Assembly (NCBI GenBank): GCA_022450595.1
Contig: JAKUPT010000003.1
Span: 18,339-82,338, forward strand
Source: Bdellovibrionales bacterium
Lineage (GTDB): Bacteria > Bdellovibrionota > Bdellovibrionia > Bdellovibrionales > UBA1609
Length of the DNA stretch: 64,000 bases
Direction: 5' to 3'
Shown: positions 37,337 to 46,981 of the stretch, piece after piece
Layout: each line of letters starts with the position of its first letter
Numbering within the stretch: the stretch's first letter is position 1
Translations under genes and position numbers: made by a program
The notes under the pieces: generated by a model
What the model was told of the DNA's origin: nothing
The model's database searches: none
Seen by the model: the letters and a program-made list of their open reading frames with translations, nothing else

Positions 37337-40322
37337 TAAGCTGCTGCTCCAGTTCATCAGGATTATCAAACTCTTCTATAAAAAGCTTTTCTTCAAAAGG
37401 ATATGCTGCAGCTAACTTTATTTTTCTAGGCCTTAAATGTTTATAAATAGCCAGAGCATATACTTTTAATTGCCTTAAAGACTTCTGATAACTCTTAGAA
37501 CTCCCCGTTTTGTAATCCACCACCCAAAGTGTGTCATCCACAACTCCCCATAAATCCACCTGACCCTCGACCACATGAGTACCTACTTGCATCTGAAATC
37601 CCCATTCCACAAAACCATTTTGGCAAATTTGATGAAAGGGAATTTCTTGTTGTGAATTAAGGTGCTGTAAAGCTTTATAAATTTTAGGATGATGATCTTT
37701 TAATGAATTTAAAGTTTTTTCTGGGTTGTATTTATAGCTTTCAAGCCAACCATGAAACTCAATTCCAAACAGCACAGGCTCAAGCTTTGACTCCCAAGTG
37801 CCTTGAAAGCTGGGTTTTGCTTGAATCTCACTCTCTAAAGCTATGACGTCACTGACTGAGAAGCGACGAGATAACTTTTTTTCAGTAACAGTAGCTGCAC
37901 TCTTTAAGGGTTTATAATTTTGATCGTCTGAAGCTGAAAGTGGCACCGCCTCAGGCACCTGCTGAAGGACTGTGTAGTTATAATTAGGAGTGGATTTATC
38001 AGACACAAATAACTCTTGTAAATGTTGCGCCCAAGAATTGGACTCCACTTTTGACCAACTTAATATCACTTGTTTTTTTGCTCTAGTTAAAGCCACATAA
38101 AAAACTCTTAAAAACTCTTCCGACTCTCTTTGTTTTTGCTCGGCAACAACAATATCCTCAAGTGGTGATCCAAAACGTTCTAGCTCCATAATACCAGAGA
38201 CGGCAAAGCTAAAAACCTTTGAATATTTATCAAATAAGACTCCTGACTTCTTTGGTGCCAGGGGTTTTGAGCCCAAAAATGGCATCAAAACATATCCAAA
38301 TTGTAAGCCCTTGGAGGCATGAACTGTCATAAGCTGAACTCTTGATGGCTCAATTGAGGAGGTGGCATTTGAGTTAGAGCTTGTCTCCTCAACGCTTTCT
38401 TTTTTTGAAAAATTATTTAAAAACTCTAAAATGTTAAAGCTTGGCTGCCTTTCCGCCATTTTGAGTTGATAAAGAAATTTAAATATATTTGCCTCTTTAA
38501 GGCCTGAACTGTCTTGATAATAAGACCAATCAACCATTGTAGACAACTGCTCTTCAAGTATTTGCACATAGCCTTTATCTTTTAATCCCTCAAGACAGAG
38601 CTTAAGACGATGAATAGCGGCTTGAGTTTGACTGTCATCAACATTTAAGTCTTTTAAGGACTGCCAGTAGCTTTTTTGTTTTTTTAACTGTTTTAAGATC
38701 TCAATTAAAGCTTGGTCAGAGGCTTTGAACCAAGGGGATCTTAAAACACAAAGTAAGTTATGGTTGTCATGGGGGTTAATAAAAAACTTCAGGATGTTTG
38801 TTAGATCAATAATTTCACGACGAGAATTAAAGCCTCCAGACTGATGCAGGTGATATGGCACTTTTAAACTCTCTAAAAAACCCGCAAGCTTTAAAAGATC
38901 ATCATTTTTTCTAGCCAGTATACAAATATCTTCAAAGGCAACCCCCTCGTTGTAAAGCCTTACAACTTCACTACCCATGGCCTCTAATTCTTGATCTTTA
39001 TCTTCTAATTGATAAATCTTTGATACTATTTTTTTATTTTCAAAACTATCAAGCTTAGGAGCCATACGAATAAACTGAGAAGATAGCTTTGTAAAAGTGT
39101 CGTTAAAAAACTCTAACAACTCAGGATCTGAGCGATAGTTTTTAATCAACTCCTCTGTCTTTCCTCCTGAGCTTTTCACAAACTGTTGTTTTTGCTCAAA
39201 CACTGAGACATCGGCGCCTCGAAATAAGTAAATGCTTTGCTGAGGATCACCCACAGTAAAGTGGGGACGATCTGAAATAAAGTGTTTTAAGATTTCAACC
39301 TGTATAGGAGAGGTGTCTTGGTATTCATCTACTAACCAATAATCCCACTCCTTAGCAAATTCGGCGGCAACTTCAGGTTCTTTGTTGATGATTCTCAATG
39401 TTAATAGTTCAAGATCTTGCATTTCTAAACTAGAAGTTTTTATTTTTTCCACCATCACAGACTCACAGACTTCTCTAGCCTGTTCATAAAACTTCATATA
39501 AATTTCAACCATTGTTGGCCAATGAGAGGGGTTATAACTTTCAGAGGCAAACATTTTTTTGGCCTCTTTCAGCGCTTTAGAAAGCTGATCTTTGGTTTGC
39601 TGATCTACGGTTTTGTTTTTTCTCTCAACCGGAGCTCTTGGCAGGTTTGAAAGAGCAGAAGCCACATCTTCTACTTTAAGCCCTAACACTTTCTTAATTG
39701 TATCTACATACTGAATCCACTTTTCATTGTCGGATTGAGACTCAATATCAGATATGGATTTTAATATTTCTGTTTTAAAACCACTCCACCTTTTTTGTAG
39801 GCACTGCTTTAAAAAGTCAACAGTGGGTGGCTTCACATCTTCATACTCAAAATAAATGGGGTAAAAATCTTTTATATTTTGTAAAAGCTCTTTAAAACTA
39901 AAGTACTCTAAAAGCTCGGATTGAGTTTTTAAACTTTCACGCAATTGATTTTTAAAAATTGCGTTTGCAATGTCTGAATTTATAAGCTGAAAATTATTAT
40001 CTAACTCAAATAAGTGCCCATACCTTCTTAAAAATAAAGACAAAACTCCATGAATGGTAGAGATATGAATTCTTTGTTGAGATGAAAAATACTCTAAAAG
40101 CTCTAATTTTTGCTCTTCGCAGGCTTTAAGAAGAAGCCTCTCTTTAAGCTCTTGCGTGGCTTTGCGAGTAAAAGTGGTGACCACAATGTTTGGATAGCGT
40201 TCGTGTTGTTTTAAAAACCCCTCTGCCACATCAACGACCTGTTGAGTGAGTTTAGTGGTTTTTCCGGCTCCAGCACCAGCTTTGTAAATTTCGTTCTTCA
40301 ATTCAAATGTGGGGCTCGACAA
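37305..40322 (-). CDS. addA: AddA-type helicase-nuclease (UvrD/PcrA-like SF1 helicase + C-terminal PD-(D/E)XK nuclease)
   Basis: Walker A AGAGAGKTT, DEYQDTSP, KNYRS, VHASKGLQF, VALTRAKK, and the nuclease motif GQVDLWG...VVDYKTG. Confidence 0.88.
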   Translation of the reverse strand: MSSPTFELKNEIYKAGAGAGKTTKLTQQVVDVAEGFLKQHERYPNIVVTTFTRKATQELKERLLLKACEEQKLELLEYFSSQQRIHISTIHGVLSLFLRRYGHLFELDNNFQLINSDIANAIFKNQLRESLKTQSELLEYFSFKELLQNIKDFYPIYFEYEDVKPPTVDFLKQCLQKRWSGFKTEILKSISDIESQSDNEKWIQYVDTIKKVLGLKVEDVASALSNLPRAPVERKNKTVDQQTKDQLSKALKEAKKMFASESYNPSHWPTMVEIYMKFYEQAREVCESVMVEKIKTSSLEMQDLELLTLRIINKEPEVAAEFAKEWDYWLVDEYQDTSPIQVEILKHFISDRPHFTVGDPQQSIYLFRGADVSVFEQKQQFVKSSGGKTEELIKNYRSDPELLEFFNDTFTKLSSQFIRMAPKLDSFENKKIVSKIYQLEDKDQELEAMGSEVVRLYNEGVAFEDICILARKNDDLLKLAGFLESLKVPYHLHQSGGFNSRREIIDLTNILKFFINPHDNHNLLCVLRSPWFKASDQALIEILKQLKKQKSYWQSLKDLNVDDSQTQAAIHRLKLCLEGLKDKGYVQILEEQLSTMVDWSYYQDSSGLKEANIFKFLYQLKMAERQPSFNILEFLNNFSKKESVEETSSNSNATSSIEPSRVQLMTVHASKGLQFGYVLMPFLGSKPLAPKKSGVLFDKYSKVFSFAVSGIMELERFGSPLEDIVVAEQKQRESEEFLRVFYVALTRAKKQVILSWSKVESNSWAQHLQELFVSDKSTPNYNYTVLQQVPEAVPLSASDDQNYKPLKSAATVTEKKLSRRFSVSDVIALESEIQAKPSFQGTWESKLEPVLFGIEFHGWLESYKYNPEKTLNSLKDHHPKIYKALQHLNSQQEIPFHQICQNGFVEWGFQMQVGTHVVEGQVDLWGVVDDTLWVVDYKTGSSKSYQKSLRQLKVYALAIYKHLRPRKIKLAAAYPFEEKLFIEEFDNPDELEQQLISLLDQSASE

Positions 40323-43012
40323 AGCTCACTCCAATCACATGTATTACACTCTTTTATGTCTTCAGGATTTGCATGAATCAAACCGGACTTTAAGTCTTCA
40401 ACAGCTGAGTTAAATAATTCAGAGATCTCATTATAGAGCTGTTGTTTTTGCTCCGTGGTGACAGAAATGTATCGACTAGGTTCGGGAAGCAAGGACTGTG
40501 ATTGATCAACCACCTGAAAGCCCTTATCTCTTTTCATTTCTTTAACGTTAAAATAAAAAGCACCAACAACAGGCCCCTTTGGCAAAGATGTCGCTCCTGC
40601 CTCTATGGCCATTGCGTACAGAGCTAATTGTAATTTTTTGTTTTTCACCCAACTGCTATGGTTAGTTTGCCCAATGCCTGAAGACTTATAATCAATAATG
40701 ACATAATTGCCCTGTGGGTCTTGATCCACTCGGTCGATAGAACCAAAAAAAGCCTGACCGTTTTCAAGATTAAAATTTTTATCATTTGTGTTCCAAAAAC
40801 TTTTAATTCTCAACTCGGTGCCAACAGTTTGTGTTTCAGGGTAGTCTTTACGCCACTGAGACTCGAACAAAATAAAGTTTTCCGCCATATTTTGATAACG
40901 ACTAAAAAAATTATTTTTCAAAAATTGTTCAAAAAATACAACTTGATACTCATCACAGATTTGATTGAGATAAGCTTCTATTACTTCTACTTGATAATTG
41001 AAAGTTTTGTTCTGAACAATTTTTTCAAACAAAGCATGCATGACCCGACCTGTGGTTAAATGATCTAAGTCTAAATCCAAATCTGGCAGGCTTTGTAATG
41101 AAAATAACTTTTCGCTGGTAAAGATAAATGGGCATTTAAGATAGCTCTCCATTTTTGACACGGATAAGCTGACTTCGGTTAAATCATTCTGAGTCTTTAT
41201 GGGTAACTCCTCACCCATGTCTTGCAATAAAGCATGATACTGAACACTAAAAGGACGACTATCAATGCCTCGATAGTTTTGAATACTTTCGGGAGTTTGT
41301 CTTTGAATTTGATCCCAAGTGCAAAATTTTGGAGTTTTTATTTTTTGTATATCCTCGCCTTGCTCTAAGGCTTTTAAAATCCAAAGTTTGGCCGGAGCTT
41401 GAAGTTCGCCTTGTAGATCAGCCTCGGCAAAGCTTAAAAACAATTTTGCTGAATCACATTGATGAATCAGTTGATGCAGTTTTATCTCTAAACTCTTTGT
41501 TTCAGGCCTTTTAAAGTAAAAACCAGTCGACTGGCCAATACTTGAAACTTCATAATGGTTAATGGCACACAAAGACTGCTGCCCTTTTATGTTTTCATCA
41601 GTCAATCCCAGCACAAATATATAGTCTTGTCCCCAAGGATGAAAGGCCTCGAGGTTTTCACAAATAATCCCGTCAGCAAGCTTTCGTTCACTGACTTCAA
41701 TTTTTGCTGTTAAGGATTTTAAATATTTAAGCCATTGGCTGTAAGGCAAAATAACTTCGGGTTGTAGGTCCAAATAGGCACGACTTAAAATAGTCACTAA
41801 AGAATCTGTGTCGGAGCTTGTGTATAACTCTGTGGCAAACTCGACAAACTCAGTGAAAGAGCCTTGTTTTTCTTGAAGGCTTGAGTGCTTGAGATCGTTT
41901 TTTTCAGCCAGCTGGGCAAAGTCTTGGTCTGAATGAATGTTTACAAATTGCTGCTTGAGCTCACTATAAGACAATGAATAGTCCTCAATATGGGCTGAAA
42001 AATCTGTCTCAAGCTCAAAAAACTCTGGCCGCTCAATGTGCTTATGGAGCTTTGCAAACCATGACATAATGTGTGGCAAAGAGTGCAGGTGAAGACTTTG
42101 GCGCTTTTGCACTTGCAAACCTTCTTCACGAAAGAAGGAATACATAAGAGCCCAATAGTCCTCAATTTGAGGAGCTAGCACAGCAATTTTTTGTGCTGGA
42201 ACCCCGGAGTGAATCAATTCTTTTAAATGGGCACAGAGATTTTTAAGCTCCCCGAGCTGTGAAGAAAACCTTTGGTACTCGCACTCAGCTTTTGTGGTTA
42301 AAGCCTTGGGTTTGAGCTCTGTGTTCAGCTTTTCAAACAATAGTTGGTAGCTTAAAAAGTCATCTTTATAAATTTCAATTAAGGCTTCATTTTCGACCAG
42401 TAATTTTTTTTCACAATTGATCTTAAAAAACACCTCGGCCTCTAAGGGAGAAAGGTCATAATTTAGATCAATAATAAGATTATAATTATAATCAATTTCA
42501 TCAAGCTGGTTTAAAAATGCGGGGGCCCATTCTGCCAACAGCATTTTTTGTTCCGTGATAAAGTTCCAGGCCTGAAAACTTAATTGGGCCCAGTGCCCCC
42601 AACGAATAAAGGCCGATGGGTTTTCCTGAAACCATTCCGACATCAGCTCTTGACCATTTGGAGTCGAGAGAGCTGGAAGCATGTGTTGCAAGTACTGGAG
42701 TAAAATGTTGCCTGCCCCTTTAGACCTAGCCACAGACCAGGTTTGGTTTTCCAACCAGTGATCAAGCCTGGTTTGCATCCATGCTTTCGAGACAATTTTA
42801 AGCTCAGGGCAGTTTTGCTTCAGTAATAATTGCCAAAATTCATTCACCCGAAAAAAAGCTCTCTCAGGTAAAACACCAAATTTTGGCAATATATGTTGTT
42901 GTAGTACTAATTTTTGTTGAAGTGTAGGAACCAACCATGTTGTGTTCTCGGGCTCAAAGGTTTCAAGCCATTGCTGTCTAGAAAAGTCATTGTTCACATC
43001 AAGTTGATTCAT
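40298..43012 (-). CDS. addB: AddB-type subunit with C-terminal PD-(D/E)XK nuclease and Fe-S cysteine set
   Basis: GSIDRVD...IIDYKSS nuclease motif. YLKCPFIF plus a terminal CNTCDWSELC give the 1+3 Cys pattern of AddB. The gene overlaps addA by 25 nt. Confidence 0.85.
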   Translation of the reverse strand: MNQLDVNNDFSRQQWLETFEPENTTWLVPTLQQKLVLQQHILPKFGVLPERAFFRVNEFWQLLLKQNCPELKIVSKAWMQTRLDHWLENQTWSVARSKGAGNILLQYLQHMLPALSTPNGQELMSEWFQENPSAFIRWGHWAQLSFQAWNFITEQKMLLAEWAPAFLNQLDEIDYNYNLIIDLNYDLSPLEAEVFFKINCEKKLLVENEALIEIYKDDFLSYQLLFEKLNTELKPKALTTKAECEYQRFSSQLGELKNLCAHLKELIHSGVPAQKIAVLAPQIEDYWALMYSFFREEGLQVQKRQSLHLHSLPHIMSWFAKLHKHIERPEFFELETDFSAHIEDYSLSYSELKQQFVNIHSDQDFAQLAEKNDLKHSSLQEKQGSFTEFVEFATELYTSSDTDSLVTILSRAYLDLQPEVILPYSQWLKYLKSLTAKIEVSERKLADGIICENLEAFHPWGQDYIFVLGLTDENIKGQQSLCAINHYEVSSIGQSTGFYFKRPETKSLEIKLHQLIHQCDSAKLFLSFAEADLQGELQAPAKLWILKALEQGEDIQKIKTPKFCTWDQIQRQTPESIQNYRGIDSRPFSVQYHALLQDMGEELPIKTQNDLTEVSLSVSKMESYLKCPFIFTSEKLFSLQSLPDLDLDLDHLTTGRVMHALFEKIVQNKTFNYQVEVIEAYLNQICDEYQVVFFEQFLKNNFFSRYQNMAENFILFESQWRKDYPETQTVGTELRIKSFWNTNDKNFNLENGQAFFGSIDRVDQDPQGNYVIIDYKSSGIGQTNHSSWVKNKKLQLALYAMAIEAGATSLPKGPVVGAFYFNVKEMKRDKGFQVVDQSQSLLPEPSRYISVTTEQKQQLYNEISELFNSAVEDLKSGLIHANPEDIKECNTCDWSELCRAPHLN

Positions 43013-43350
43013 AACTTTAAAACATACTATTTGTTGCCCTAAAAAGGGCTTAGAAACTCTTTAATTTCGCAAGGCATCAAGATAGATTTACAAATAAAAA
43101 TTAGCGACTACAGCAGCACACAAGTAAAAAACATTTGTTTATTGATCGGCTAGATAAGGCTTTAATAGTAAGATTTGAAAGATGAATTTTTGTTAACTTT
43201 TTTAGAGCAAAAAATCATGAGTAAAACTTCATATATCCCATGCAATTTATAAGGATTTTCTCATTCAAATTTCTTTGCCTGTATAAAAAATTCACGTTCT
43301 AATATTAAGCATTGTTAACATAACAATAATAACAACAGGAGAGTGTACCC

Positions 43351-43587
43351 ATGAAAAAATGGATTTTAGCGCTTGTAGTACTGGGTTTTGTGGGCTCAGC
43401 ACATGCAGGAAAAGTGGACGACCTAATCACGGCCGTCAAAAATACTTGCGGTAAAGACATCGACCGCCCAACAGCGATCTCAAACACACAAAAAGCCTTT
43501 TTGTGCAACCCGGGGTCAAAAGTAGATGTAGATGGATGTCAAATCGATTGTTTAAAAGATAACGCTGGTGCCGTAATCGGTAACTAA
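43351..43587 (+). CDS. Small secreted four-Cys protein
   Basis: Signal peptide ...GSAHA, a GGAGAG SD upstream, and four Cys in the mature 58 aa. It sits 16 nt upstream of the porin gene. Confidence 0.7.
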   Translation: MKKWILALVVLGFVGSAHAGKVDDLITAVKNTCGKDIDRPTAISNTQKAFLCNPGSKVDVDGCQIDCLKDNAGAVIGN

Positions 43588-43603
43588 TTTAGGGGGAATA
43601 GAA

Positions 43604-45034
43604 ATGAAATTAATGACATTACTTAAAGCAACACTAGCCACTACATTTGTAGCTGGTATGGTTAACGCAGCCACTTTAGAAGAAAGAGTTGAAGAATTAG
43701 AAATCAACAACGCACTTAATACGTTTAAGTTTTCTGGTGACTTAACAATGTTTTATGACGGAACAGAAAAAGAAGCAAACTCTGTTACAACAACTAATAA
43801 CTGGACTCGTTTAAAGTTTGGAATAAATTTTAATGCAAAGCCTAGCTCAGATATCCAATTTTTTGGTCGCTTAGCTGCTTCTAAGCATCTAAATGCCATT
43901 GGGAATGACTACACAAGCAATGATGATTTTGGTAGTTCAAGATCTTACGGTGGCTCTGATGTATTTGTTGAAAAAGCATATTTTGACTACACAATGACTG
44001 ATTGGATGATTTTCTCAGCTGGCCGCCTACCAACATTTGACGGGGTTCCTTATAACTACTCTTATGGTAAGGCAAAAATGGGAACTTATCCAAAGCTTGC
44101 ATACTCTGCAATCTTAGATGGTTTTGCTTTTACATTTAAACCAGGAAACTTTTTTTTAGATCAAGGCTCTCTTGATTTTAGAGTTATTTACACTCCGTTT
44201 AACTTACCAACGCAAAGACAAGGGGCAAGTAATCAAAAGTTTGGAAATGGCCAAGTAGCAGCTTCACATGTAGATATGTTAACTTTAATGTTAGATTATC
44301 AATCAGGAAAACTTAGCTGGGCTGACAACTTAGGCTTTATTGCTCAATGGATAAAAGCTAATCAGTTTGGTTTAAGTAAAATATATGCTGGCGAAGGTAT
44401 AGACGTTGATGCAAATCAGAATGGTGCTGACAATGGGAATGCTCAAGCCCCAGTATCAAATGGTATTGCCGTTTATTTACCTTCAACTCTTAAAATGGGG
44501 TTAGACTTACTTACTCTTCATTTAGAATTGGATAATATCTTAGAATCAGGTGTTAATTTTTCAGTAACTAATTACTCTAATACTATTACTGAAACTGGTG
44601 GAATCTGTTTTGATGCTAGCAACCCTTGTACTGCAGCAAATAACTCACTAGGGTATTTCACTAACTCTACGTATGCCAACACAAATGAAATGAAAGCTGA
44701 AGGAAGTGCAACTCTTGCAGCCCTTGCCTGGAACTCAAATATGCCAATGCTTATGAATGCTATAATTGGTGCTGAGTATATGACCAGTGACAAAGACTAT
44801 GGTTTCTTTGACTTTACAGCAGATAATGTTACAGGTTTTTATACAAATGCTGGTAAGGGAACTCATGCTTACATCACGTTACTTCCTAAAAATAACTTAA
44901 GTTTCACTCTTGGATATAGATTACAAGAAATTGAATATAGTAATACTGGGACTAAAGGGTTTGGTGCTCGTAAAGAAGTTACAACTGATGACACTGTATC
45001 AACTACTTATGCAAGACTTCGTTTAGACTTCTAA
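43604..45034 (+). CDS. Putative porin / large outer-membrane beta-barrel with a short N-terminal coiled-coil (DUF3373-like, low certainty)
   Basis: Signal peptide, an LEERVEELE helix, Gly/Tyr/Asn-rich strand pattern, C-terminal YARLRLDF, and an SD GGGGGA. Confidence 0.8.
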   Translation: MKLMTLLKATLATTFVAGMVNAATLEERVEELEINNALNTFKFSGDLTMFYDGTEKEANSVTTTNNWTRLKFGINFNAKPSSDIQFFGRLAASKHLNAIGNDYTSNDDFGSSRSYGGSDVFVEKAYFDYTMTDWMIFSAGRLPTFDGVPYNYSYGKAKMGTYPKLAYSAILDGFAFTFKPGNFFLDQGSLDFRVIYTPFNLPTQRQGASNQKFGNGQVAASHVDMLTLMLDYQSGKLSWADNLGFIAQWIKANQFGLSKIYAGEGIDVDANQNGADNGNAQAPVSNGIAVYLPSTLKMGLDLLTLHLELDNILESGVNFSVTNYSNTITETGGICFDASNPCTAANNSLGYFTNSTYANTNEMKAEGSATLAALAWNSNMPMLMNAIIGAEYMTSDKDYGFFDFTADNVTGFYTNAGKGTHAYITLLPKNNLSFTLGYRLQEIEYSNTGTKGFGARKEVTTDDTVSTTYARLRLDF

Positions 45035-45060
45035 TAGAGTTTAGATAATTAATGCAATTT

Positions 45061-45090
45061 AAAGGCAGACTTCTTAGTCTGCCTTTTTTT
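45061..45090 (+). terminator. Rho-independent terminator after the porin gene
   Basis: GGCAGACT-TCTT-AGTCTGCC followed by TTTTTTT. Confidence 0.8.
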
Positions 45091-45298
45091 ATGAGATAAG
45101 TTTATTTTTTGTACCAAGTTACTTTTCGGACCACGCCGTTGCAAAAAATTAATTCTAATATTTAAAAGATTATTAAATAGTATTACAAACTTTTGAAAAT
45201 TAATACTAAGCAAATGTTGCTCTGTGGCCCTAAAAGTAACTTTAGTACCTAATCGATGAAAGTTAACAAAAAATAATGGCTTCTTGGTTAACTAAGAA

Positions 45299-45706
45299 CT
45301 AATCGTGGATTTTGATGGGCTTTCTGTTTTCATTAATAGCAACCATCGTAAACTTACTATGAATCGCAAGCTCTCTTTCTTCGGAGTACATTTCTTCGCG
45401 GTAAACATCCACATCGACAATCATGCTGGAGCCTCCGACATGAGTAACCGTTCCCACAAGTTCTACAATTGATCCTGAAGGGATTGGGTTTTTAAAGTCA
45501 ATTTTATCGCTCGATATTGTGACCATCTTTTTTCGAGAGTATCTAGTGGCTGTGATAAAAGCGACTTCATCCATCCATTGCAAGGCTGTGCCTCCAAACA
45601 GGGTTTGGTAGTGGTTGGTGCTGCCGGGGAAAATGGCTTTTACAATGATTGTTTTTGCCTTTTCAGCGCGCTTGGGATCAAGATTATTTTTAGCTTCAGT
45701 GGACAT
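45299..45706 (-). CDS. Hotdog-fold acyl-CoA thioesterase (YciA-like)
   Basis: 135 aa with blocks NHYQTLFGGTALQWMDEVAF and VGGSSMIVDVDV. Confidence 0.8.
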   Translation of the reverse strand: MSTEAKNNLDPKRAEKAKTIIVKAIFPGSTNHYQTLFGGTALQWMDEVAFITATRYSRKKMVTISSDKIDFKNPIPSGSIVELVGTVTHVGGSSMIVDVDVYREEMYSEERELAIHSKFTMVAINENRKPIKIHD

Positions 45707-46087
45707 AGTAACTCCTTAATGGCGCTCAGATAAACAAATGTCTTTGAAAAAGTATATGGCCTGAGCACTATTTTATAAATGTTATAAGCTCTGTTTAACG
45801 AAAAGTTCATAAAAATTGAAAAAATGAGCCCTATTACTCTGAAATAATACTTTCCAAGATTGATAACTAGCTTTGTTAAAGTATCATCTCAAAAAGTAAG
45901 GTTTTATAAAAGAGCCATTTTTTTTATTAAGCATTAGTAGTACTTAAAATTTATCTTTTCACAAAAAATTCTATACGTAAGTTACTCCCCCTCATTAGGA
46001 TTTAAAATAGATATCCCGCGTTAGAGGCTACTAATCTTTGTAAACTCAACTATGATGTTTGAGTACAAATTTTAAGAGAGGTCTAAT

Positions 46088-46981
46088 ATGAAGATATTTT
46101 TAATTGTAATGTTTTTTTCTTTAAATAGTTTTGCTAGCAGCTACTATGTGGCTAAACCAAAATCTAAAGGCACAACACCAGCTACGATTGAAGCTGTTTT
46201 TGAGCTTTTCAAATCATCTATTGCAGGCTCTAATGATCATAGCCTTAGCAACTCGCCTGGTGCCTCCGACTACACAGTTCAACCTAAGATCTTACAGATG
46301 GGTGGCACTGTTTTAGTGATTGCTGATAAAATTCAAAACAACAAAGTGATTTTCTCTACAAGAATGAAGTCAGAAGATTTGTCAGACTTAGACACTGTTG
46401 TGAATAGACTTTTTGCTTCCCTTGAAAAAGAAGAAAACATTAAGACCACAGCAAAAGTAAATAATGTCACAGAGGCTGAGGAATACCAAAGCACTCGTAG
46501 GTTTCAAGCCACCAATCAGTGGCAGTTTGCTTTTGGACCGGCTTGGGGGAATAAGTTGAACACTTCAAAAGCTGGAACTTTTTTTGGTTTTGGTTATATT
46601 TGGGGTTTAGATCCACACTTTGATTTAAAATTGAATCTTTCTATATTAAATCCTGATGACTCTGAAGACAGTGCTTACTTTAGGTCTACCATGTTGGGTA
46701 TGAATTACTTTTTTGATCTAAACAAGCACAGCCCTTTTATCACAGGCAGTGTTGGTTATATAAGTGCTGCGGCTGACGATGGCAGTGACGGAAGTATTAT
46801 CAATGACTCTGATGACGACGCTAGTGGCTGGGGTGTTGATGTTGGTATAGGTTATAAGTTTTTTAGAACATCCAGTGTTAACATTGCAACAAGCATTAAT
46901 TACTCTTACCTGTTTGAGAAAACAAAGTTCAGCCAAGAAAACCCAGGGCTGACAAGGTTTATTATTTCTGTGTATTTCTAA
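46088..46981 (+). CDS. Two-part outer-membrane protein: about 130-aa N-domain + small C-terminal beta-barrel with an acidic loop
   Basis: Signal peptide, barrel-like strands from about residue 140, loop AAADDGSDGSIINDSDDDASG, and C-terminal FIISVYF. Confidence 0.72.
   Translation: MKIFLIVMFFSLNSFASSYYVAKPKSKGTTPATIEAVFELFKSSIAGSNDHSLSNSPGASDYTVQPKILQMGGTVLVIADKIQNNKVIFSTRMKSEDLSDLDTVVNRLFASLEKEENIKTTAKVNNVTEAEEYQSTRRFQATNQWQFAFGPAWGNKLNTSKAGTFFGFGYIWGLDPHFDLKLNLSILNPDDSEDSAYFRSTMLGMNYFFDLNKHSPFITGSVGYISAAADDGSDGSIINDSDDDASGWGVDVGIGYKFFRTSSVNIATSINYSYLFEKTKFSQENPGLTRFIISVYF

Noticed and set aside
37305-43012. The helicase-nuclease pair considered as a possible novel anti-phage defence module.
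   Set aside because: The motif complement is that of canonical AddAB recombination repair: an SF1 helicase with a PD-(D/E)XK nuclease, and a partner with a nuclease plus a 1+3 Cys Fe-S set. No accessory defence genes flank it.
43305-43508. 67-aa minus-strand ORF overlapping the small secreted-protein gene.
   Set aside because: The plus-strand gene has an SD, a signal peptide and operon context with the porin. The minus-strand frame has none of these.
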